In this document: piece by piece, positions 1-9,865 of the stretch
Layout: each line of letters opens with the position of its first letter
Numbering within the stretch: the first letter of the stretch is position 1
IMG/VR virus record: IMGVR_UViG_3300033066_000839
Length of the DNA: 64,000 bases
Source of the DNA: an uncultured virus (IMG/VR IMGVR_UViG_3300033066_000839)
Taxonomy: Duplodnaviria > Heunggongvirae > Uroviricota > Caudoviricetes
Reading direction: 5' to 3' (one strand)
Notes under the pieces: generated by a model
The model's database searches: none
What the model saw: the letters and a program-made list of their open reading frames with translations, nothing else
Told to the model about the DNA's origin: nothing
Program-made: the position numbers and the translations under genes

Positions 1-274
1 CGAACACTCTCGCGATAACATTAGATACTTAGATAATACATACCAAAATTGTCGCGTGAACGCATTTTTTGTGCTCCAACAGTGGATATATGCTCTAGTA
101 ATTGACAAAACGATAGCTCTTTTAACGATTAAGGAACTTTTTTGTGTTTTTAGTGGTGTAGTAAGGGTAGTTGTTTTATCGTGTAAATTTACCACCTTAA
201 AATAAATAGTTATTTTTATTTTAATTTAACATGTGCGTGTGTTCAAATTAAAAATAAAAATATTACTAAAATAG

Positions 275-328
275 TTTGTTATTCTAAAGAGTAACATTAC
301 CTTTACACCAACAAATCAATTTTAAACA
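275..328 (+). promoter_or_regulatory. Early promoter/leader, divergent copy of the repeated leader
   Basis: TTTG..TACCTTTA followed by caacaaatcaattttaa, shared with the copies at 11229, 20091 and 62743. Confidence 0.6.
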
Positions 329-337
329 TCTTTGAAA

Positions 338-451
338 ATGAATAAAAACTTTAAAGCAGCATTAATCATCGCCGCAGCTAACCTTTTGTTGCTAGCATTC
401 GCTTGTATGGCAGGAATATACATTGTTGAACATTACTCAACTCGTCTGTAA
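338..451 (+). CDS. Small membrane peptide, 37 aa (not in ORF track)
   Basis: MNKNFKAALIIAAANLLLLAFACMAGIYIVEHYSTRL; directly after promoter. Confidence 0.55.
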   Translation: MNKNFKAALIIAAANLLLLAFACMAGIYIVEHYSTRL

Positions 452-469
452 CCCCTAAACCACACTAAC

Positions 470-724
470 ATGGAACAAGAAAAGAAAATACTTATCAGAA
501 TTGGCGAAGATGAAAAGTCAGCTACAATAACAAGAGAGTATGGCAGAGGGAGCATAAACCATTTTATACTACTAATCGATGGTGTAAAATATTATTTTCA
601 ATATGACAGCACATCGGATATAAACAGGCGTGATAAATGGTGTTTAGGCTATCTAATAAAAAAGAACCATCCAATACTTGATTGCAGAATTAAACTACCT
701 GAACTAACCACTAAATCATTATAA
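470..724 (+). CDS. Hypothetical phage protein
   Basis: Co-oriented ORF with A-rich leader. Confidence 0.6.
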   Translation: MEQEKKILIRIGEDEKSATITREYGRGSINHFILLIDGVKYYFQYDSTSDINRRDKWCLGYLIKKNHPILDCRIKLPELTTKSL

Positions 725-725
725 C

Positions 726-1067
726 ATGACAGCGATAAAGACACCTTTGCAACAGGCAATAGATAAATGTAATGCCAAAATAAGAGCATTAGGAATAGGG
801 AGTGCAAAATTAGAATCATTGCATACGCCTGAATCAAGAACATTCATATCATTAGAAATACGGGTATGGGATGAAATAAAAGAACACCTCCAATCCCTAC
901 TCCCCGTAGAACAGCAGTTCAATTGTGAGTTGATAGAGTGGGTTGGAACTGAACAATACAGGCAAGTTGTTGATACTAAAAACGAATGGATGAAAACATC
1001 AGGTTCTTACAAATCTGTTACCACCACCGAACTACTCCAATTATTCACTAATAAAAAAGATAAATAG
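726..1067 (+). CDS. Hypothetical phage protein
   Basis: Tightly packed ORF. Confidence 0.65.
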   Translation: MTAIKTPLQQAIDKCNAKIRALGIGSAKLESLHTPESRTFISLEIRVWDEIKEHLQSLLPVEQQFNCELIEWVGTEQYRQVVDTKNEWMKTSGSYKSVTTTELLQLFTNKKDK

Positions 1068-1069
1068 TT

Positions 1070-1498
1070 ATGGAACTAAAAGAAAGAATATTATGCGTTT
1101 ATAGCCAAGAGGGACACGGTGATTATCCTCAAGATACATGGTCAGATACATCACAAGTAAGCGGAGTTGATAGCTTGTTTTATAATTTCAAAGACCTTCA
1201 CAAGCAAAGTGCAAGGACTTTTTCAGACTACCCATTCGGAGGTCTTTTTGACCCAAGAAAGGTAAGGTTTGAAATTCAAAAAACTATCGTTCATGAAAAT
1301 GAAACCTTCTATGGTGCAAGGACTACTTGCGAACCACCTGAATACTATAACGATGCATGTAAGTTATATTGGGATTGGGTAAGTAAATTAAAAGAAAGGC
1401 TACCTAAATTAAGAAAAGCAGCTTCAGAAAGAATACAACGAGAAAAGGAATTAAAACAATTGGGCTCTTTGTTAGAAAAATATCCTAAACACATTTAA
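1070..1498 (+). CDS. Hypothetical phage protein
   Basis: Tightly packed ORF. Confidence 0.65.
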   Translation: MELKERILCVYSQEGHGDYPQDTWSDTSQVSGVDSLFYNFKDLHKQSARTFSDYPFGGLFDPRKVRFEIQKTIVHENETFYGARTTCEPPEYYNDACKLYWDWVSKLKERLPKLRKAASERIQREKELKQLGSLLEKYPKHI

Positions 1499-1511
1499 CC
1501 CCCTCAATCCA

Positions 1512-1754
1512 ATGGAAAATAAAACAGCAGAAGAGGTGTTGAATGATTACGGACTTATTAATGATAAAGACGTTATTCAAGCAATGAAAGAATACGCCCA
1601 ACTTGAAAGTAAAGAGTGGGATATGTGGAAAGCTGATAACGGTTGGCAGTATCACGAAGTGAATAAATACTATGTCAGGAATTTAAACAATAAAATTGAA
1701 AAACTGTCATTTACTGACCTCTACACCCAATACCTAACCGATAAAAATAAGTAA
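1512..1754 (+). CDS. Hypothetical phage protein
   Basis: N-terminus KTAEEVL..VIQAMKEYA resembles common Bacteroidota phage ORFs. Confidence 0.65.
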   Translation: MENKTAEEVLNDYGLINDKDVIQAMKEYAQLESKEWDMWKADNGWQYHEVNKYYVRNLNNKIEKLSFTDLYTQYLTDKNK

Positions 1755-1756
1755 CG

Positions 1757-1990
1757 ATGGACTTTAATGAATGGATAGAACAAGATAAACCTGTACTCAA
1801 TAAATTTTTACAGGAACAAAAGCCTGATAAGATACAGGTAGTGGCAAGTGAGGTTTTAGTTGAGCTAATGGACTTTGCATGGAACGCAGCACTTGAGGAA
1901 GTGAAGAAGAAATTAGGTTTTTTGTATGATATACATGGTACTAAAGTATCGTCTGTAACTAAATCCGATATTGATAACCTAAAGAAATAA
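1757..1990 (+). CDS. Hypothetical phage protein
   Basis: Tightly packed ORF. Confidence 0.6.
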   Translation: MDFNEWIEQDKPVLNKFLQEQKPDKIQVVASEVLVELMDFAWNAALEEVKKKLGFLYDIHGTKVSSVTKSDIDNLKK

Positions 1991-2027
1991 TCCGACACCG
2001 ATTTATTACTTATTAAAATTTAAGAGA

Positions 2028-2423
2028 ATGAAAGTAGAATTATATTATTTGATTTATGGTGCATTAAGTATGTTCTATATGGGCGCATATGCTCATGATG
2101 AAGATATTATTAATTGGGATTTCCGTAGTGCCTCATGGTGGAGAGCTTGGGTATTAGCAATATGCGGAGGGGTAATTTACCCATCATTATACCCATTCTT
2201 TAAGCTGTATGAAATAGGTGTTTATTTATATAGCCTATCTAATATAAAATCTTATTACAGGCTTTTTACTGGCAAACTTGACACGCTTACAGATGCTCAA
2301 AAATACCAATGGAAAGCACTTTACGGTACGCTAATTAAGAAGGATAAAAAGACATTGAAACAAAAACACGATTTGTATTTCAGCAAGCTAATTATTAACA
2401 AACATAATCTTTGGAACTCATGA
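2028..2423 (+). CDS. Hypothetical membrane protein
   Basis: Two hydrophobic segments in the N-terminal half. Confidence 0.6.
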   Translation: MKVELYYLIYGALSMFYMGAYAHDEDIINWDFRSASWWRAWVLAICGGVIYPSLYPFFKLYEIGVYLYSLSNIKSYYRLFTGKLDTLTDAQKYQWKALYGTLIKKDKKTLKQKHDLYFSKLIINKHNLWNS

Positions 2424-3022
2424 GCAAAGTAATAATACCGAATGCAGACGGAACATATGGGGTGGTGGAATGGATTAAGATGCCTAGCAAACTAGATTAC
2501 GTATCATATCCTACATGTAATTATTATGAGCATGATATTGGAGTATGGCAAAAATTACTTGCATCCCAACCGCAAACCAAAGTCCACCCATCCCATACCA
2601 AGTGGGCAGAAGATAACCTGTATAAAGAAATACAGGATGGGGAGATAGCGATTGATACATGTAATTGTAGCCATCCACATAGATGTATTTATAAAGACAT
2701 TAATTCCATATGCCAAAAATTGCATTACGCTCACCCTGTTGCCCAACTTAACCATGAAGCTGTTAAAGATTTGTGGGAGGAGGCTGAAACGAAATTTGAA
2801 TATAGTGATGGGATAATAAAAATGCTCGAAGCTAACGGGTTTAAAGAGGTAGAGAAAAACCATTGGGCTGATGATGACGGGTATTTATCAATTACACCTG
2901 ATGTACAGGGTAAAGAATTATCTATACAACATCAATCAGGGTATCACTTTTTTGTACCTAACAATTACTATGCTATGATAGGTGTATTATACCATTACTT
3001 ACCATTTAAAATAAGCGTTTAA
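2420..3022 (+). CDS. Hypothetical phage protein
   Basis: ATG at 2420 overlaps the previous stop (ATGA). Confidence 0.6.
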   Translation: MSKVIIPNADGTYGVVEWIKMPSKLDYVSYPTCNYYEHDIGVWQKLLASQPQTKVHPSHTKWAEDNLYKEIQDGEIAIDTCNCSHPHRCIYKDINSICQKLHYAHPVAQLNHEAVKDLWEEAETKFEYSDGIIKMLEANGFKEVEKNHWADDDGYLSITPDVQGKELSIQHQSGYHFFVPNNYYAMIGVLYHYLPFKISV

Positions 3023-3096
3023 CCACTTTAAAACCATAAACATGAATATACAAAACATAGCAGCCGAAAAGATATTAATCAAAAAAAACAACCAGT

Positions 3097-3330
3097 ATGA
3101 GAAAACAAACACAAATAGCTAAAGCTATTAAGCAACTTGAAAGCATTGATGAAAATAGCAGTATGGCAAAAGCCATAGGCATACTAAAAGAGATGCTATT
3201 TGATGAAAGGAGGGACATTCAGGAAGCGTATAGTAAAGGTGCTGAAATTGGATTTTACAGCAGCCTTAATCCTAATGGTAAACCTGCTGAACAATACTTT
3301 AAAGAAACATTTACCCAAAAAGATGTATAG
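3097..3330 (+). CDS. Hypothetical phage protein
   Basis: C-terminal AEQYFKETF motif typical of Bacteroidota phage ORFs. Confidence 0.65.
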   Translation: MRKQTQIAKAIKQLESIDENSSMAKAIGILKEMLFDERRDIQEAYSKGAEIGFYSSLNPNGKPAEQYFKETFTQKDV

Positions 3331-3760
3331 TAATATGTTGAAGCCAGAAGAAATAGAAACCCTGAACAATAAACGTGTTGAATTGTGGGCAAATATTCAA
3401 TCGGGCTTTTACTGGGGCAAGGTGTATTTAGTAGGTAGTAGCCTCTATTCTAAAACACCAAGGGATTTAGATATAGCATGTGTAATATCTGATAAGATGT
3501 TTTGTGATAGGTATAACTTAACAGCATTTGGTGGTAGTTATTCACAATCTGTTATTAAGTGGGCTGAAGGGTACAAATCAGGTGAATACACAGACAGTCA
3601 TTGGGCTTGGTGTAAGGATGTAATTCATAAAGCAGAACAGGGGGCAAGATATATAGGTGATGGCATGTTAGATTATAAAGTGATAGCCGAAAGCCACGAT
3701 AAGCAAGATTACTCAGATAAACCAAAATTAAGAATAGATACTAATCCATACTTAAAATAA
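3323..3760 (+). CDS. Minimal nucleotidyltransferase (Pol-beta superfamily)
   Basis: VYLVGSSL...RDLDI matches the GS-x-DxD motif; start revised from 3200. Confidence 0.65.
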   Translation: MYSNMLKPEEIETLNNKRVELWANIQSGFYWGKVYLVGSSLYSKTPRDLDIACVISDKMFCDRYNLTAFGGSYSQSVIKWAEGYKSGEYTDSHWAWCKDVIHKAEQGARYIGDGMLDYKVIAESHDKQDYSDKPKLRIDTNPYLK

Positions 3761-3765
3761 ATATT

Positions 3766-4428
3766 ATGAAAGAACAAATTAAACAAGCAGCAGAAAACCT
3801 AATACCGTACAATCCTGAATACGGGAAGCTATCACAGGGTAATGTACCTATTGAAAGAATACGTTTTACTCAAGGTGCTGAATGGATGCTCAACACATTG
3901 GCAGGGAGTGAGGGGGATGTAAAATTCAAACCGTTTACACCTGATGTTATATCTAAGGATTTTGTACTTAAATGTCCCGATAGAGATGAATATAGTGGAT
4001 TATTTGATGCAATAATGAGTAATGTAAATATTCAGCTAAAGGCACTCGTTGCTAAAGATGTTTTTGATAAAGTATGGACATGCAGCCTATTTCCTGAAAG
4101 AATATCCCAAGCCGTATTAAGATTATTTGAACATCACTTAAAGGAACACACCGCATCGGCAGTAGCTAAGGCGGTGGGGGAGAAATGGGTTAGTGTGGAT
4201 GATAGGATGCCTGAAAATATTGGTACTTATTTATGCTATACTAATGACGGTCAAACGGTAGTATGTAATGTAGCTGTTAATGGATGGTGGAGATTAGCAA
4301 TTAATAGTGGCAGCTATTCAGATTTGGGTGAAGATTTTGTAAGGGATAGTGAATTTATTGAACGTGAAGTAACACATTGGATGGAATTACCTCAATCACC
4401 ATTACCCTCACCCCCAACCCAAAAGTAA
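3766..4428 (+). CDS. Protein with C-terminal DUF551-like domain
   Basis: WVSVDDRMPE...VTHWMELP. Confidence 0.75.
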   Translation: MKEQIKQAAENLIPYNPEYGKLSQGNVPIERIRFTQGAEWMLNTLAGSEGDVKFKPFTPDVISKDFVLKCPDRDEYSGLFDAIMSNVNIQLKALVAKDVFDKVWTCSLFPERISQAVLRLFEHHLKEHTASAVAKAVGEKWVSVDDRMPENIGTYLCYTNDGQTVVCNVAVNGWWRLAINSGSYSDLGEDFVRDSEFIEREVTHWMELPQSPLPSPPTQK

Positions 4429-4433
4429 GTAAG

Positions 4434-4571
4434 ATGGAGAAGATATTAAGGGTATTTGGTTTATTAGTTTCATTTGTTTTACTAAGTGTATCGGCTTTGT
4501 GTATATGCTTAACTATGTTGGTAATAATATTTATGCCATTCATTCTAATTATATTTTTTATTACAAGATAA
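4434..4571 (+). CDS. Small hydrophobic protein
   Basis: MEKILRVFGLLV..., almost entirely hydrophobic. Confidence 0.45.
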   Translation: MEKILRVFGLLVSFVLLSVSALCICLTMLVIIFMPFILIIFFITR

Positions 4572-4612
4572 CACCAAACCAAAAGATGCCTACTAAATGA
4601 GTAGGGGATATT

Positions 4613-4819
4613 ATGACAACAAAATTTGATGTAGGAAAATTTGTATTCTTAATTGAAGAAAATAAGGTACAACAATTTGAAATTACCCTAATAAAAATTA
4701 GTGGTACTAAACCTGAAAACATAATATATACGCTACATAAAGGTGGCATTAAGGGGCATACTGAAAGATTGGAGAATCAATTATTCAAAACTAAAGAAGA
4801 ACTTATTCAAACACTGTAA
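4613..4819 (+). CDS. Hypothetical phage protein
   Basis: TKFDVG...LFKTKEELI pattern. Confidence 0.65.
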   Translation: MTTKFDVGKFVFLIEENKVQQFEITLIKISGTKPENIIYTLHKGGIKGHTERLENQLFKTKEELIQTL

Positions 4820-4858
4820 CACACAAAAACCTTCCTGTACGGTTAACAGGGTAATGAG

Positions 4859-5104
4859 ATGACAAGCCAAGAAAGAAAAGAACTTACATATTTCCCAAAA
4901 TCACTCGACAGTATTATTAATGCTATATGGCCTGATGCTAACTGTGTTTCTGAATGGGGTTTATTTAGTGGCCATACTACTGTATTTAACCCTGATTTAC
5001 CTGCCGATATTCAAAGGGATATAAACAACTTTATTCAGGGCTTTATGGCAGGTAACCTTGAATTAAGAGAAAGAATACAAGACAAAACCAAGTGGGTAGG
5101 ATAA
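4859..5104 (+). CDS. Hypothetical phage protein
   Basis: Co-oriented ORF. Confidence 0.55.
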   Translation: MTSQERKELTYFPKSLDSIINAIWPDANCVSEWGLFSGHTTVFNPDLPADIQRDINNFIQGFMAGNLELRERIQDKTKWVG

Positions 5105-5118
5105 CCCACAGCAATAGT

Positions 5119-5559
5119 ATGAAAGCAATTACAGTACAAGAACTAAGAATTGGAAACTATGTCAACACTACACAAGGTATAGGGGTAGTAACATCTTTAG
5201 ATAGAGATACTAAGGAGGCATTTAGAATAGGCGTAGTTGTTAAGCCTTTCAAAAGGTACACTTTGAGAAATCCCGAATGTACACCCATCGAATTAACACC
5301 TGAAATACTGGAGAAGGCAGGATTTGAGAAAGGCTACGACAATGGCAATCCTTATTGGCTTACGGATATTGCCAAACGAATGGTATTTTTTATCTATGAA
5401 AAAGGCGGTAGAAGTGGCATTAGCATAGGCGCACCTGAATGGAGGGATTACCCATGCAATGAATCTTGTGAAGAATCTATTGTTGATATAAAATACGTCC
5501 ATCAGTTACAAAATCTAATATTCTCATTAACAGGCGAAGAACTAACCATCAATATATAA
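5119..5559 (+). CDS. Conserved Bacteroidota-phage hypothetical protein
   Basis: ELRIGNYV...PIELTPEILEKAGF...IKYVHQLQNL. Confidence 0.75.
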   Translation: MKAITVQELRIGNYVNTTQGIGVVTSLDRDTKEAFRIGVVVKPFKRYTLRNPECTPIELTPEILEKAGFEKGYDNGNPYWLTDIAKRMVFFIYEKGGRSGISIGAPEWRDYPCNESCEESIVDIKYVHQLQNLIFSLTGEELTINI

Positions 5560-5810
5560 TGGAACAACAAGACGCATTAGTAGTAATCAAGCAGAGTGAT
5601 TTGAACTTATTAAAGGGATTAGCAGCCACAAGCCCATTTGTGTGTGAAAATCCAACATCGGCAGTATCCATTACCACATTCCCTGCATCAGAGGTGTTCG
5701 AGGCTGGGTTTACAAAGGGTGGCGTGTGGCAAAGTTCACCCGAAGATAAAAGAGATGTTGATTTAGCTATTGTTGAAACCTACACCGACTACGTAAAAAG
5801 TAAGATATGA
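5559..5810 (+). CDS. Hypothetical phage protein
   Basis: TAATG stop/start coupling. Confidence 0.6.
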   Translation: MEQQDALVVIKQSDLNLLKGLAATSPFVCENPTSAVSITTFPASEVFEAGFTKGGVWQSSPEDKRDVDLAIVETYTDYVKSKI

Positions 5811-6124
5811 AAGAGATAATATTATTATTAACAAATGGCTACTGGGGTACAGTAATAATGGAAGTATATACCGATAAAATATTAACAGCAAGAGGGAGTG
5901 GGGAGTATTGGGATAAGAAAGACGGATGTGTTAATGTTTATGGTTCGCAAGGTGGTACGGGTATAGGATTTCGTAAGAATGAGCAAGATATAAGAATAAG
6001 CGAGCCAAATTATGGAGTTAAATTTAAAATGATACAATGGGATGAAAAGGACGGTTATTATTACCCACAAAATCAAAGCGAAATAATTAACAATATAGAT
6101 ATAAGACCAAACATATACATCTAA
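5807..6124 (+). CDS. Hypothetical phage protein
   Basis: ATGA coupling. Confidence 0.6.
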   Translation: MKEIILLLTNGYWGTVIMEVYTDKILTARGSGEYWDKKDGCVNVYGSQGGTGIGFRKNEQDIRISEPNYGVKFKMIQWDEKDGYYYPQNQSEIINNIDIRPNIYI

Positions 6125-6183
6125 CCCATGACACACATAACAATATCGGATAGAATTTGGGGCGTAAAAACAAGTAAAGGGAT

Positions 6184-6405
6184 ATGATACTGAAGAAATA
6201 CAAAACAGAAGAACCCGAAATAGGGGATTTAAAGACGGTAAACAAGTATGCCTACTTCCCTAAAAGGATAGGTGATAAGCTAATATGGTTACATAAGTAT
6301 CAGGAGCTATACGAATACCGAGAATATGAAACAATGCTTTACCGTACCACCATAATGGTAACATGCCATAAATGGTGCTTGATAGATACTAAGATTATTG
6401 ATTGA
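6184..6405 (+). CDS. Hypothetical phage protein
   Basis: Co-oriented ORF. Confidence 0.55.
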   Translation: MILKKYKTEEPEIGDLKTVNKYAYFPKRIGDKLIWLHKYQELYEYREYETMLYRTTIMVTCHKWCLIDTKIID

Positions 6406-6428
6406 GGTACAATAAATTAACAAACACC

Positions 6429-6460
6429 TTGTTTACTTAAAACATAACGACTATATTTGC
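6429..6460 (+). promoter_or_regulatory. Bacteroidota-type promoter
   Basis: ttgtttacttaaaacataacgacTATATTTG; shares aaaacataac with the other promoter copies. Confidence 0.75.
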
Positions 6461-6476
6461 AATTAAAACACAACAG

Positions 6477-6698
6477 ATGAGCGAAGTTAAAACATTATTA
6501 AAGACGTACATGGAAGAAAACGGATATACACAGGCAGACGTTATACGGCTTTATTTTGCCGCAACAGGGTACGAATTGCCCAGAAGCAGAATGTCTTTAT
6601 ATGTAAGCGGTAAAGTAGAACCACAGGCTAGCGTTGCCCTTAATTTGGCTAATGCATTAGGCTGTTCTGTAGAAGAACTATTTGGCGACCTTGTATAA
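6477..6698 (+). CDS. XRE-family helix-turn-helix regulator
   Basis: YTQADV...RMSLYVSGKVEP...LANALGCSVEELF. Confidence 0.85.
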   Translation: MSEVKTLLKTYMEENGYTQADVIRLYFAATGYELPRSRMSLYVSGKVEPQASVALNLANALGCSVEELFGDLV

Positions 6699-6735
6699 GC
6701 ACCATCCATTTAACAAAAACAAATCAATTATAAAT

Positions 6736-7008
6736 ATGAAACGACTATTTCTTTATGCTTTTGTATTGCTATCTATGGCATCATATTACATATGCACCGC
6801 CTTGTACATAGCCGCCCATGTTATATTCAATGGTAATTTCAAGTATGATAAGTCATTTATCAATTATGACCACATAACCTTTGAAGAAACCGAAGAGGAA
6901 TACATAATTGCAGTATACCCTAGCATTGCCCATAAATGGCTTGGAATCGTAAATAAACAGAGAAGAATACCCAAGAACGGAGCAACACCGTTTATTGTTA
7001 CTGAATAA
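6736..7008 (+). CDS. Hypothetical membrane-anchored protein
   Basis: N-terminal hydrophobic helix; start revised. Confidence 0.55.
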   Translation: MKRLFLYAFVLLSMASYYICTALYIAAHVIFNGNFKYDKSFINYDHITFEETEEEYIIAVYPSIAHKWLGIVNKQRRIPKNGATPFIVTE

Positions 7009-7021
7009 TTAAAAACAAGCT

Positions 7022-7630
7022 ATGAATATCCCCTCCGAGATGTTTAAGCACATATCGTCACAAAAGACGTTTGTGCAGGTATTATGGGTATTGCTATTCT
7101 CCATTGAGGATGAATGGACGAGCCCAGATGTGTTAGATAATCACAGAGACAGGATTATAGCGCACTACCAACAACTTAATAAGTCCTTTCAGCCAGACTG
7201 GTCTCAACTGGTATCTGCCCATAAAATAGGCATAGACTGGTATACCGCATATCAGCAAAATGAAAATAAGAAAATAAAAGCCGATGCCATACATGTATTG
7301 ATGAAATTAAACGAACTTGCGGGAACTTGTTTTGCAATAAAAGGGTCAAAAGCAGATTCTAACATACGCCTTGTGTGTGCCAGACTTAATGAGGGGTATA
7401 CAAAGCATGACCTATTCGCATTAATACAATTTAAGGTGTCTGAATGGCGCGGAACAAAGATGGAAAAATATATAAGACCAGCTACTTTATTCCAGAAGTC
7501 CAAAATAAACGGTTATATCAACGAAATCATAAAATCAAAAGAAAATAATGCAGGACGAACAAAAGAATCCACCAGTAGATACAACCAGCTTGCCAGCTCT
7601 GTCGAAGCAGCTAAGCGACTTAATGGGTGA
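7022..7630 (+). CDS. Replication initiator with conserved phage C-terminal domain (Phg_2220_C-like)
   Basis: ARLNEGYT...KVSEWRGTKMEKYIRPATLF...GYIN. Confidence 0.75.
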   Translation: MNIPSEMFKHISSQKTFVQVLWVLLFSIEDEWTSPDVLDNHRDRIIAHYQQLNKSFQPDWSQLVSAHKIGIDWYTAYQQNENKKIKADAIHVLMKLNELAGTCFAIKGSKADSNIRLVCARLNEGYTKHDLFALIQFKVSEWRGTKMEKYIRPATLFQKSKINGYINEIIKSKENNAGRTKESTSRYNQLASSVEAAKRLNG

Positions 7631-8423
7631 TTGGATTGAAAGCCAAATAGAAAAACAAATAGTAATTGCCAATGTAAGTGAGAATCGCCTGTGTTTCCTT
7701 CAGAAAGACGGAGAAGACAGGCTTACCGACCTTATGGGTAAATGGGCGTATTACATGGGTACTGTTAAAATAGGTCCTGAAGACCTTACGGCATTATGTA
7801 ACTATATAAAAAACAGCTATCCAGAAATGACACTAGAGGAAATCGACCTGTGTATTGAATACAGCACTAAAAACAAACTTGATTTGGATTCAGACAGATT
7901 CCCATCATTTTCACCAAGCTATGCCAGTTTGGTAATATCATCCTTTTTACGTCTTAGAAATAAGACTATGATAAACGTATTGGAAAAGAGGTCCGTTGCA
8001 AATAGGGCTGCCCTACGTGCCGAAGCGGCTAAGCCAGAAAACCAGTGCTTTAATATGAAAGATGCTATCAGGCAGGCATATGAGCAATGCAATACCGCTG
8101 GAGAGATAACAGACTTTTTTAATGTCATATATAATTTTCTACGCAGGACCAACAGGCTTGTTGTGCCCAGCGAAAAGGCGGTTGACTCGGCATTAACTTT
8201 TATCCTTACTAAGTCAAATGTAGACGCTGCAATGGAATATGGCAGAAGTATGGTTAATAAGTCACCAGATAGCCGTAAATCCATTAAAAGCATACTCGAT
8301 GGAGATAAAGACACTACCGTACAACGATACGCCAGAAACTATTGCGTAATGCTTTATATTAAAGCCGTACCGCTGGATATGCTGTTGTCGGATATTAAAG
8401 TAAGTGAATTTGATAACAGGTAA
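7548..8423 (+). CDS. Hypothetical protein, possibly helicase-loader-like partner of the initiator
   Basis: Overlaps initiator gene; function inferred from position only. Confidence 0.5.
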   Translation: MQDEQKNPPVDTTSLPALSKQLSDLMGDWIESQIEKQIVIANVSENRLCFLQKDGEDRLTDLMGKWAYYMGTVKIGPEDLTALCNYIKNSYPEMTLEEIDLCIEYSTKNKLDLDSDRFPSFSPSYASLVISSFLRLRNKTMINVLEKRSVANRAALRAEAAKPENQCFNMKDAIRQAYEQCNTAGEITDFFNVIYNFLRRTNRLVVPSEKAVDSALTFILTKSNVDAAMEYGRSMVNKSPDSRKSIKSILDGDKDTTVQRYARNYCVMLYIKAVPLDMLLSDIKVSEFDNR

Positions 8424-8426
8424 TTT

Positions 8427-8732
8427 ATGATAGGAGATACCATTAACTTAGGTGATGGCATGATAGCTATGGAGGTTGATAGCAACCCGTATAATTGTTT
8501 TATAAGCAAAGAGAACCCTCTTCAGTTTGAATATATAGTGCGGGACAGTAAAATATCTAAAAATCCAGCATATACGTTTTTGTTTTTACCTAAGCTACCT
8601 GATGGTATGGAATATAAATATCTATCCCTTAGAAGCCAAATAGCCCCAAGTGCTGTTAAATCATTGTTGCTTGACAACAGTAAGGAGTATGCATTGTTTA
8701 GAATTAACATATTTAAGGCATTTAAAGTATAG
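8427..8732 (+). CDS. Hypothetical protein (paralogue of 8738)
   Basis: Shared MIGD..., A.EV, FEY, LP.G and EYALF motifs. Confidence 0.65.
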   Translation: MIGDTINLGDGMIAMEVDSNPYNCFISKENPLQFEYIVRDSKISKNPAYTFLFLPKLPDGMEYKYLSLRSQIAPSAVKSLLLDNSKEYALFRINIFKAFKV

Positions 8733-8737
8733 TAAAT

Positions 8738-9052
8738 ATGATAGGAGATATTACTTATTTGGAGGGTAGTAGCTTTCTGGCGGTAGAGGTTTATGATGGC
8801 GCAGTAAGGTGTAAGCTAGGTCGCGGTAAGTGGGGTCGGCATTTTGAATATGAAATACACCAAGACGGTAAAGAGCCTCTTTATTATTATTTTGATTTGC
8901 CAGAGGGGGTTTTGTATTACTATATGTGTTTAAAGAGCCAGTGTAAACCAGATGGTGCTACCGATATGCTATATAGGGTAGTGAATGAAAATAAACAGTT
9001 AAGTAGTATTTCAGAATACGCCTTATTTATGATTAGCGATATACCAGAATGA
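8738..9052 (+). CDS. Hypothetical protein (paralogue of 8427)
   Basis: Same shared motifs. Confidence 0.65.
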   Translation: MIGDITYLEGSSFLAVEVYDGAVRCKLGRGKWGRHFEYEIHQDGKEPLYYYFDLPEGVLYYYMCLKSQCKPDGATDMLYRVVNENKQLSSISEYALFMISDIPE

Positions 9053-9068
9053 TAAAATCAATTATAAT

Positions 9069-9500
9069 ATGGCAATATTAAATTACACCAGCAAAATAGA
9101 AGCCTCAAAATCGGTCAGTGATATACAGATGATACTATCCCGTAAAGGTGCATCGCGTATCATGATGGATTATGAGGAGGGTATACCGTCTGCTATATCT
9201 TTTCAGATAATGGTTAATGGTAATGTACTTAGCTTTCGCCTGCCCGCTAATTGGAAGGGGGTTTTAAGGGTGCTTCAAAATACAAAGGGTGTGGCTAAGA
9301 GTTATCAAACAGAATCACATGCTGTAAGGGTATGCTGGCGTATCATCAAAGATTGGGTCGAGGCGCAGATGGCTATTATTGAAGCCGAACAGGTTGATTT
9401 GGCAACGGTATTCCTGCCATATGCCGTTATGGGTAATGGTGAAACGGTAGCCAGTAATCTACTCGGAGAAAAGGGTAAAGACTTTATGCAACTGAATTAG
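9069..9500 (+). CDS. Conserved phage hypothetical protein
   Basis: ILNYTS...FRLPANW...WRIIKDWVEAQMA...FLPY. Confidence 0.75.
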   Translation: MAILNYTSKIEASKSVSDIQMILSRKGASRIMMDYEEGIPSAISFQIMVNGNVLSFRLPANWKGVLRVLQNTKGVAKSYQTESHAVRVCWRIIKDWVEAQMAIIEAEQVDLATVFLPYAVMGNGETVASNLLGEKGKDFMQLN

Positions 9501-9502
9501 TT

Positions 9503-9865
9503 ATGTTAGAACGTAAGCATGTAGTACACTATGATAATGGTATGATTAGCTTTGTGCGTGAGAATGCCCAAGAGCCAGAGCATATTTATCCGCATGATGA
9601 TTTGCCCAGTCTGTTTACTCGCGGTTGGGGTAGCGGCTATGTGGGTGTGCCTGAAGGTCATAGCCTATTTGGCGTTTTTAAGAATAATATACCTGTAAAG
9701 GCACATGATGGGATTAATTATTGCGGACAACAGGAAATAGACGGTAAGGTATACTGGGTTATCGGGTTTTACACTTACGGAAACAACAATACTCCATCAA
9801 ACTGTAATGAGGACTATGTAGTATCAGAAACGGAAATGCTTTATACACAATTAAAACAACTGTAA
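9503..9865 (+). CDS. Conserved phage hypothetical protein
   Basis: WGSGYVGVPEGHSLFG...AHDGINY...WVIGF. Confidence 0.7.
   Translation: MLERKHVVHYDNGMISFVRENAQEPEHIYPHDDLPSLFTRGWGSGYVGVPEGHSLFGVFKNNIPVKAHDGINYCGQQEIDGKVYWVIGFYTYGNNNTPSNCNEDYVVSETEMLYTQLKQL

Noticed and set aside
1..270. Genome terminus or replication origin at the window start (ttagata repeat, AT-rich tract)
   Set aside because: No matching terminal repeat within the window, and the repeats are too short to call iterons.
3323..3760. MNT-HEPN toxin-antitoxin pair
   Set aside because: A nucleotidyltransferase motif is present, but no adjacent RxxxxH HEPN partner was recognised.
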